A stretch of DNA of 24,000 bases, taken from positions 3,781 to 27,780 of the forward strand of contig CAYIRD010000001.1 in the NCBI GenBank assembly GCA_964365755.1, written 5' to 3'. The notes below the pieces were generated by a model. The model was given only the letters and a program-made list of their open reading frames with translations, ran no database searches and had not been told where the DNA came from. The DNA is from an uncultured Gammaproteobacteria bacterium. GTDB taxonomy: Bacteria; Patescibacteriota; Microgenomatia; Levybacterales; GWA1-39-11. Shown piece by piece: positions 8,701 to 13,666 of the stretch (position 1 is its first letter; each line of letters starts with the position of its first letter). A program made the translations under genes and the position numbers.

Positions 8701-9624
8701 GCAAGAACCGGAATCCCAATAATAATTGATAATCTCGATATCAATCTTGAAGTATTACAGCTTGCCAAACAAAAAAATCCAGAAATAGGCAATGTTCTTC
8801 ATGAGAGTGCCACTAAGATTAGTAAAAGAGACGGAACTTATGATGCAATTGAATGTTCTTTTGTGCTCCCACTGATTAAGTTGGTTGACAATGGTAAAGT
8901 TCCAAACGATGCTACAGGTGCCGATAGAGTTAAGACATTACTTGAGATGAATCGTGTTCTTAAAATAGGTGGAACAGCAGTTCTAACATTTCCTGAAAAC
9001 TCTTTTAACGAGGAGTCTTTTGCGAGGTTTACCAAAGCTTTAACAAGGAATTTTGGTTTTCAAGTTGTTGGTCCAACAGGAGTTAGTTTTGCATCTGATA
9101 TAACTCCTAACAAAAAACTTGGATGGATTATAACTGTGAGAAAAATAAATAAACCGGATCTTTCAAATATAGATTCTGAAGATCTTATGTTCGAGACAGA
9201 CCGCGATAGAATTAGCCGTTATAAAGGCAAAAAAAATGGGGCTACCGTAAAAGTTATCGATTACCCGATTTTTGCGTCTAAGGAATTTAGGATTTATAAT
9301 CCATTAACACGTGAAGTCGCAACAAATAAAACTGATGTTGTTGATAAAATTACAGTTACTCCGCAAGAACTTGTTGAATTAATCAAGCCAAATCTTTCAG
9401 ATAGCCAAAGAGAAATTTGGGTGGAGGCCAGGCGTAAAATTGAAAGAGGACTTGATCAAAACTATTCGTTAGCAGAACAAACATTAGCTAGTATTTTTGC
9501 CCGCAGAAGGTTAGATGCTAGCGTCTGGAGTGATGAGGCAGTTAGAAAAATTCTAGATGCTGAAATAAGAAGACTAGTAAGAACATATCGCACAAGGGAG
9601 GCAGAATATGAGGGAACAATTTAG
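5713..9624 (+). CDS. SNF2-family helicase fused to a class I SAM-dependent methyltransferase (1303 aa)
   Basis: SNF2-like motifs: I 'GDTGATKT' (aa 337), Ia 'VTIFGPAKARNTW', II 'ILDEYDVF' (aa ~441), III 'LTATPLSSSLKDLDISMALLYPERF', C-lobe 'NIDGQKSFSARDRAAQEW', and VI-like 'QMSGRFLRPGQTKPVNIYIL' (aa 838). Methyltransferase motifs: motif I 'VLSVGSGTCIFARKIA' (aa 982), 'YDAIECSFVL', and 'MNRVLKIGGTAVLTFP' (aa ~1078). The ~330-aa N-terminal and ~170-aa C-terminal regions are unassigned. Confidence 0.75.
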   Translation: MTSEMLKEGQPQPVQENHDSRIADLNAVILKPEKIHVLLSLKPGDPGYPFDNGETFEANYESSTDFGLKYIMARSLLQDGKYDKPLLLLRKFIPAADIITKHKEAEDRQKAEEEIKSGFAQELKDRLRLLLVEKGQIKPGSEEDKDAQKALIRFAERDQILRQLMELLPIHVVGAITSAQMFENVTDEEKREKLRSWTTRALRPYLGDLLVRKPQGDINFRDIITLVPAKIFDDWDTATANIVRDHFERLAMGMFTESEEEGFSRLEDAFRSEQSESKRQFLQGVLDEFKEIRDEEIPPVFKDQVEGWFSPTSPFPLFRQKYFVHEFKKTHRKFLNGDTGATKTACADLAMESVGASRVTIFGPAKARNTWPREARKIYQEDAQPDVFAVISAKDLDNPRIKTAKQVYISSELMARAWSNPELNATMTEAVITNRHTDGIILDEYDVFRHQSAKSTKMLRHLVTQIQANNQELVPMIPLTATPLSSSLKDLDISMALLYPERFAFPKSNQDGKFTFSTLALMDPKIAYSLLYGEQLMIQWSLEDLFGEKAPKLDPKIVNLEMTASQYEIYQWVLSLPIRNPLEKIAMLRSVLLNPNIIKKTIREKGLIPEPVYDPAKFGEHLEELYNSWWEWFETSPDKFEPFSADWIAKFGDGQFLIQLFFDNRFADGIESLVMRYPHIRTDWQEAKFPSVKYEAIKKFLERTIIKTEDGYEFSQKTMIVSPFHKEGITRWFDDPYIRPEDLDNDAWSLYEMLRLDFSNLPNEASINIDGQKSFSARDRAAQEWRESGIKNNIVVASMRSIYQSMDWAIRDTEDNKNIEAMNVIFLGWPWGWDEFKQMSGRFLRPGQTKPVNIYILETENSIDRGFKDLVKIKDLLSQMALAGVELSKEDQVFFSDATSAKRILIEHPKVGQLFLYDAFAKLRGMSEEEMRIELAKEINGRTLGSWLAEFYLDEGNDEYRIVGNNAELVKNVVLREHPEHVLSVGSGTCIFARKIARTGIPIIIDNLDINLEVLQLAKQKNPEIGNVLHESATKISKRDGTYDAIECSFVLPLIKLVDNGKVPNDATGADRVKTLLEMNRVLKIGGTAVLTFPENSFNEESFARFTKALTRNFGFQVVGPTGVSFASDITPNKKLGWIITVRKINKPDLSNIDSEDLMFETDRDRISRYKGKKNGATVKVIDYPIFASKEFRIYNPLTREVATNKTDVVDKITVTPQELVELIKPNLSDSQREIWVEARRKIERGLDQNYSLAEQTLASIFARRRLDASVWSDEAVRKILDAEIRRLVRTYRTREAEYEGTI

Positions 9625-10144
9625 CGAACCACTTTCTCCACAAGAAAGAACAAGGCAACTTTTTTCTAAAAACTTTGATGACTTCGCGGAGAATCTTAGG
9701 GGCAAGGTTGTTGTTCTATTGGGAACAGATAAAAAAATTACATTAGATCTGGTTGAAGGATGGAATTTAGAATCAAACATGAAAACACACAAAAACTTTC
9801 TGCAACTTAATCCAGGAGACTGGGAAGCTAGCAGAATACCCATAAGGCAAATGCGTCAATCACTAATTATTGCGAAAGATGGAGACCGGGTTGGTGCATG
9901 TGCCAGAGTAGTTAGGGCTTCTTACTTTGATAATGATCAAGGACAGTTTATTCAAATGCCAAGGGAAGGCGACATTGCCAATTATTTAGGCCTTGGCGAT
10001 AACGAATTAGCAAGGCTGGTCTACATGGATGATTCGGATTCGCTGTATTTGTTACGAGGGGAACAAGGTTCACAAAATATAAGCCCCGATGAGGCAAACG
10101 AACAACTAAGAAGACTTTTGGAGGAAAGAGATAATGAGTCCTGA
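9608..10144 (+). CDS. 178-aa protein of unknown function carrying the shared C-terminal tail ISPDEANEQLRRLLEERDNES
   Basis: GGGAGG at 9596-9601 lies 6 nt before the ATG at 9608. The ORF overlaps the helicase gene by 17 nt. I recognise no domain. The tail is identical in peptide to those of the repeat proteins. Confidence 0.7.
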   Translation: MREQFSEPLSPQERTRQLFSKNFDDFAENLRGKVVVLLGTDKKITLDLVEGWNLESNMKTHKNFLQLNPGDWEASRIPIRQMRQSLIIAKDGDRVGACARVVRASYFDNDQGQFIQMPREGDIANYLGLGDNELARLVYMDDSDSLYLLRGEQGSQNISPDEANEQLRRLLEERDNES

Positions 10145-10556
10145 AGGGAGAAGAAGAGTAGAATTTACATTTAATACAAGACCTGATATTCTTGCTGGTC
10201 GTCTTATTGGAGTACGAATAAGGCTTGGTAATCAATTGGCCGAGATTGTGGGAACAGAGTGGTATCCTGCAGAAGAAAATACGAAAGGGACATATAGGAA
10301 AGTTTATGAATCAGAGCCGGGTACATTAGTCGCTACAGGATATAGAAATTCAGTCTTGCCCTTAGTTGCTGCAAAAGGCGGAGCTTGCGTTCTTATTCGC
10401 GAAATTGAGGTACGAAATCAGGAAGGAAAACTTGAAACTGTAAAAGGGCCTGGAAGAGTTGGAGAAAAATTGGGTTTGAAAAAAGGTGACGCGCGGAATC
10501 TAAGTATGGAAGATCCCCATGATTTAATATTTAGTTTGGTAGAGATCAATCGATAG
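10134..10556 (+). CDS. Truncated DNA-3-methyladenine glycosylase (MPG/AAG family)-like protein, 140 aa
   Basis: It aligns by eye to the MPG family. 'LAGRLIGV...AEIVGTEWY' matches 'LLG..L...GRIVETEAY', 'EPGTL' matches 'KPGTLYVY', 'GGACVLIREIE' matches 'GACVLLRALEP', and 'GPGRVGEKLGL' matches 'GPSKLCQALAI'. It is shorter than typical family members (about 190-220 aa from memory) and appears to lack the C-terminal segment. GGAGG at 10120-10124 lies 9 nt before the ATG. Confidence 0.6.
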   Translation: MSPEGRRRVEFTFNTRPDILAGRLIGVRIRLGNQLAEIVGTEWYPAEENTKGTYRKVYESEPGTLVATGYRNSVLPLVAAKGGACVLIREIEVRNQEGKLETVKGPGRVGEKLGLKKGDARNLSMEDPHDLIFSLVEINR

Positions 10557-10587
10557 GGATTCAATTCAATTAAAAACTAGAGTTGCA

Positions 10588-10824
10588 TTGGGGTTTTTGT
10601 GGTTGACAAAGATTGTATGGATATCATACAATATCCCCATAAATACTACAGTTAATATTTCGATTCCAACGAAATTATATAAAGATGCAAAGAGATTTGC
10701 TGCCGAATATGGATATTCATCAATGAGCGAATTAATTAGGCAAGCTTTAAGAATAGAATTATATTCTGCTCCCGAGCTTGGGAGGAAAGGTAAAGCTCTC
10801 AAGAGAATTAATAAAAATATTTAA
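10588..10824 (+). CDS. Small ribbon-helix-helix (CopG/Arc-like) protein; start codon uncertain
   Basis: 'VNISIPTKLYKDAKRFAAEYGYSSMSELIRQALRIEL' fits the strand-helix-helix RHH pattern. The only in-frame canonical-type starts are TTGs at 10588, 10597 and 10603, upstream of or overlapping the promoter-like element. No ATG or GTG lies near the domain start. Confidence 0.4.
   Translation: MGFLWLTKIVWISYNIPINTTVNISIPTKLYKDAKRFAAEYGYSSMSELIRQALRIELYSAPELGRKGKALKRINKNI
10603..10632 (+). promoter_or_regulatory. Sigma70-like promoter TTGACA-18 nt-TACAAT
   Basis: Consensus -35 at 10603-10608 and -10 TACAAT at 10627-10632. It lies inside the 5' part of the listed 10588 ORF. It could drive the RHH ORF and/or a long ftsZ leader. 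Confidence 0.4.
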
Positions 10825-10831
10825 CAACTTC

Positions 10832-10857
10832 ATTGCGCTTGCAATCAATTTTTTTTT
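10832..10857 (+). terminator. Weak stem (ATTGC-GCTT-GCAAT) followed by a T9 run
   Basis: A 5-bp stem (10832-10836 / 10841-10845) is followed by nine consecutive T at 10849-10857, just after the RHH ORF stop. The stem is short and AT-rich, so the call is tentative. Confidence 0.3.
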
Positions 10858-10876
10858 GTGATAGGATGGGTCGATC

Positions 10877-10893
10877 TTCGAACATTGTTCGAA
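10877..10893 (+). promoter_or_regulatory. Perfect palindrome TTCGAAC-ATT-GTTCGAA 10 nt upstream of the ftsZ ATG
   Basis: 7-bp inverted repeat arms with a 3-nt centre. A possible extended -10 (TGaTAGGAT, 10859-10867) lies just upstream. ftsZ has no Shine-Dalgarno. Confidence 0.3.
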
Positions 10894-10903
10894 TTATTAA
10901 ACA

Positions 10904-11998
10904 ATGTTAATAAAACCTCAGACTACTTCTTTTGCTAAAATTCGTGTAATTGGTGTTGGCGGTGGAGGAGGAAATGCTATCGGTACAATGATCTCTGACG
11001 GACAGATTAACGGTGTTGAATTTATGTCCATTAACACAGATGCCCAAGCACTTCTTAATAATCAGGCAAACATAAAAATTCAAATTGGAGAAAACTTGAC
11101 CCGCGGTCTTGGATCAGGTGGAGATCCTGAAGTAGGCGTTAAGGCAGCTGAAGAGTCTCGCGAAAAAATTAAGGAGATGCTTGAGGGTACAGATATGGTT
11201 TTCTTGACGGCAGGAATGGGCGGCGGAACGGGAACAGGAGCAACTCCCATTATTGCAGAAGTAGCAAAAGACGTAGGTGCACTAACCGTCTCCGTTGTTA
11301 CAAAGCCATTTCTCTTTGAAGGTACACGCAGAATGGTTGCGGCAGAAGAAGGAATAGAAAGATTAAAAGAGAAGGTCGATACATTAATTGTTATTCCAAA
11401 TCAGAGAATTCTTGAAGTGATAGACAAAAAATTGTCCCTTCTTGAAGCATTTAGGGTCGCTGATTCAGTTCTTAATCACGGGGTGCAAGGAATCTCCGAT
11501 TTAATAACTATCCCGGGGTTGATTAACGTTGATTTTGCAGATGTCAAAACAATTATGACAAATGCAGGATCTGCATTAATGGGAATTGGGATTGGAGTAG
11601 GTGAGAATAGAGCGCAATTGGCGGCTAGGCAGGCAACATCCTCGCCGTTACTTGAGGTCTCAATGGAGGGCGCACGTGGAGTTCTCTACAACATTATTGG
11701 GGGAACAGACCTTTCAATGTCTGAGGTCAATGAAGCATCAAAAATTATTGCATCTGCGGCAGATCCCGATGCAAATATTATTTTTGGTGCAACAATTGAT
11801 GAGAATCTTCATGATCAAATCCGCATTACGGTTATCGCAACCGGTTTTGATGAGTCAAGAAGAAAGCTTCAGGAGTTAGTCGAGAAACCGGAAGAGATAT
11901 TGGCAGAAAATGGTGACCAAGGCCCGCCATCAACGTCTCCCGAAGACGAAAAAGAATCAATCTTTGACATCCCCGCCTTTTTACGCCAAAAGAATTAA
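10904..11998 (+). CDS. ftsZ: Cell division protein FtsZ (364 aa)
   Basis: It carries 'GVGGGGGNA', the tubulin signature 'GGGTGTGA', the T7-loop region 'VIPNQRIL', an acidic disordered linker, and the C-terminal conserved peptide '[11 protein letters not shown]'. Confidence 0.97.
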   Translation: MLIKPQTTSFAKIRVIGVGGGGGNAIGTMISDGQINGVEFMSINTDAQALLNNQANIKIQIGENLTRGLGSGGDPEVGVKAAEESREKIKEMLEGTDMVFLTAGMGGGTGTGATPIIAEVAKDVGALTVSVVTKPFLFEGTRRMVAAEEGIERLKEKVDTLIVIPNQRILEVIDKKLSLLEAFRVADSVLNHGVQGISDLITIPGLINVDFADVKTIMTNAGSALMGIGIGVGENRAQLAARQATSSPLLEVSMEGARGVLYNIIGGTDLSMSEVNEASKIIASAADPDANIIFGATIDENLHDQIRITVIATGFDESRRKLQELVEKPEEILAENGDQGPPSTSPEDEKESIFDIPAFLRQKN

Positions 11999-12004
11999 TT
12001 TACC

Positions 12005-12295
12005 CTATTTATATTCCCTGCTTGAACCAGAATGTTTGGAGAGTGCAAATAAAATAATAATTTGCTTCTTAGATTCGTCAAAATCCCAGATAATTCGAAG
12101 GTCACCAGTTATCCAGCTGCTCCATTTTTTCCCAAAATTCCGAGTATTTACTTTATGACTTTTTAAGGAAGGATAGAACGGATCGTTTTTTATTAATCTC
12201 AATACTTTTTTCGTCCGTTTTTCAAATTCTTTATTACCCTTAATTATTGATTTATAAGTGGAAGGGAACGTGCTTGCAAAATGGAGAGCGTACAT
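12005..12295 (-). CDS. Type II toxin, RelE/StbE/YafQ-family mRNA interferase-like (96 aa)
   Basis: 'PSLKSHKV...WSSWITGDLRIIWDFDESKKQIIILFALSKH' matches the RelE/YafQ-type pattern. It lies 2 nt downstream of a small RHH-type ORF, the classical antitoxin-toxin order. Confidence 0.75.
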   Translation of the reverse strand: MYALHFASTFPSTYKSIIKGNKEFEKRTKKVLRLIKNDPFYPSLKSHKVNTRNFGKKWSSWITGDLRIIWDFDESKKQIIILFALSKHSGSSREYK

Positions 12296-12297
12296 GC

Positions 12298-12558
12298 TTA
12301 AAGGCTTGCGAGATATCTATCAAGTTCTTCATCAGTTTTGATGGCTGTATATCGTCCATTTTTATAATCTTCCAATCCCTTTGCAATCACTTTTTCGGTT
12401 TCTTCATCTACTAAAGGTATATCTTCGATCTCTTTTTTATATTTTTCGGCAAGGGCAACCTTTATAATTTCGGCCTCAGATAACACACGATATTTGCTTC
12501 TCAAAAAAGCTAACACTTCAGCAAGCTCTGGTGTTTTATTTAATCTTATTTGTGCCAT
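12298..12558 (-). CDS. Type II antitoxin, RHH-type (87 aa from the ATG at 12558)
   Basis: 'MAQIRLNKTPELAEVLAFLRSKYRVLSEAEIIKVALAE' is strand-helix-helix and is followed by an acidic C-terminal region. I chose the ATG at 12558 over the listed 12594 start because a consensus promoter occupies 12566-12594. Confidence 0.7.
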   Translation of the reverse strand: MAQIRLNKTPELAEVLAFLRSKYRVLSEAEIIKVALAEKYKKEIEDIPLVDEETEKVIAKGLEDYKNGRYTAIKTDEELDRYLASL

Positions 12559-12565
12559 GCTACCT

Positions 12566-12594
12566 ATATTAGGGCATTTACTACCTAATGTCAA
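12566..12594 (-). promoter_or_regulatory. Promoter of the toxin-antitoxin operon (TTGACA-17 nt-TAATAT on the minus strand)
   Basis: The reverse complement reads TTGACA (12594-12589), a 17-nt spacer, then TAATAT (12571-12566). Seven nt later comes the ATG at 12558, so the mRNA is predicted to be leaderless. Confidence 0.55.
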
Positions 12595-12668
12595 GCACTA
12601 ATTGTAGCCCTAAGTGACAAACTTAGCCTCAAATTCATGTCGTTATTTGAACCTTGTGCGACACGAAG

Positions 12669-12697
12669 TTGAATGTGATCTATAAGTTTAATATAAT
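12669..12697 (+). promoter_or_regulatory. Divergent promoter TTGAAT-17 nt-TATAAT for the 296-aa ORF
   Basis: -35 at 12669-12674 and consensus -10 at 12692-12697. The GTG start at 12704 is 6 nt after the -10, so the mRNA is predicted to be leaderless. Confidence 0.5.
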
Positions 12698-12703
12698 CGC
12701 TGG

Positions 12704-13594
12704 GTGACTTCACCAGAAACAGACGGTAATCAAAGTCCCCAAATTGATGCTCAAAAAGAACGTGTAGGGCAAACATTATTTCAGGTAAGATTTGGCTTAG
12801 GCCCTCATACTGTCAGATTTAGTTATTGGCATGAGACGATAGTTCAGGACCTAAACATTTTTTTTCAACCCTCAAACGCAACCCAACGTAATATTTTCTT
12901 TTGTGAAGATGCTCTCGGGTCTCAAACGTATGAGAATACTTTAAAAGCTGCTTATAAGCATTACGGCAAATATTCTACAGCTTACGAATTTGCAAGATTA
13001 TATCGTCTTCGTGATGGATTTCCTCCCTCTGCAACAGTTGAAGCTAGCTATAATAGTCAACTTCGGTCCTTGCATCCGCTTGCATCTGATGGTTCTGAGT
13101 TTTTACATAAAGTGTTTGGAGTTATAGATGAGATAGTAGATAAAAATGGCATTCTAATTGATGTAGAAACAGAGAAGAGAAAAGATCCTAAAGAGCGAGA
13201 GCAAATGGAAAGAATACTCATGCAAGGACAATCCCCACGGCCAAAGTCCGTTGAGGAATTTCGTCAACATGCTATTGGATTGTGGAATATGAAGAGGGTA
13301 AGGGATAGAAAAATCACAGATGATCTTGTTGAATTATATAAAAAAGCAATTGGGAGAAACGAAGCCACAAAAGTTTATGTTTCTCTAGGACAAAATCACT
13401 CAGGCGTAAACGATCTGCTAGCTGCCAAGTTATACAAGAAACCCTCTTTCGAACCGTCAGTAACTTTGGGAGAATTTCAACCACCACGAAGAGAAATATT
13501 CCCACATGCCATTTCCCTATTAGACTTAGGAAAACCAATTTCTTCTGAGCAATGGCAGGCTTTATATGAGGAAGCCATGATGCCTCCGAGATGA
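12704..13594 (+). CDS. Hypothetical protein (296 aa); very weak motif resemblance to the Tiki/TraB/GumN/ChaN superfamily
   Basis: Long ORF behind its own promoter. 'FGLGPHTV' and 'KVYVSLGQNHSGVNDLL' loosely resemble the GTxH and GxxH motifs of that superfamily. This is unverified and should not be relied on. Confidence 0.6.
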   Translation: MTSPETDGNQSPQIDAQKERVGQTLFQVRFGLGPHTVRFSYWHETIVQDLNIFFQPSNATQRNIFFCEDALGSQTYENTLKAAYKHYGKYSTAYEFARLYRLRDGFPPSATVEASYNSQLRSLHPLASDGSEFLHKVFGVIDEIVDKNGILIDVETEKRKDPKEREQMERILMQGQSPRPKSVEEFRQHAIGLWNMKRVRDRKITDDLVELYKKAIGRNEATKVYVSLGQNHSGVNDLLAAKLYKKPSFEPSVTLGEFQPPRREIFPHAISLLDLGKPISSEQWQALYEEAMMPPR

Positions 13595-13598
13595 GTCG

Positions 13599-13627
13599 TT
13601 GACTTATCTTTTATAAACTGTTAAATT
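13599..13627 (+). promoter_or_regulatory. Possible promoter TTGACT-17 nt-TAAATT upstream of the FtsZ-tail micro-ORF
   Basis: -35 at 13599-13604 and -10 at 13622-13627. This predicts a ~33-nt leader before the ATG at 13667. Confidence 0.3.
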
Positions 13628-13666
13628 CTTCTTGAGACTTAAAATACCTCTTATTGTTAGGTGTTT

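Noticed and set aside
5713-9624. Calling the fusion a type I/IIG/III restriction-modification or BREX/DISARM methylase-helicase
   Set aside because: There is no (D/N/S)PP(Y/F/W) catalytic motif, no recognisable nuclease (PD-(D/E)xK, HNH or PLD) and no specificity subunit. It was therefore left as a generic SNF2 plus class I methyltransferase fusion.
10566-10802. 78-aa minus-strand ORF opposite the RHH ORF
   Set aside because: The plus-strand frame has a recognisable RHH pattern. The minus-strand translation has none.
1076-10903. Mobile element or prophage origin of the ftsA-ftsZ insert
   Set aside because: I found no integrase, transposase, recombinase, terminal inverted repeats or flanking direct repeats. 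Insertion remains possible, but a mobile-element call is not supportable from the sequence.
11601-12158. Plus-strand ORFs 11601-11879 and 11910-12158 overlapping ftsZ and the toxin gene
   Set aside because: They are alternative-frame ORFs within or across confidently called genes. Their translations are basic and low-complexity with no motifs.
12559-12594. Longer antitoxin start at 12594 (98 aa)
   Set aside because: The extra 12 codons coincide with a TTGACA-17 nt-TAATAT promoter on the same strand. The ATG at 12558 gives a typical RHH N-terminus (MAQIRLNK...).
12591-12776. 61-aa minus-strand ORF across the divergent promoter region
   Set aside because: It spans two promoter candidates and the start of the 296-aa gene. 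It has no motifs and is most likely spurious.
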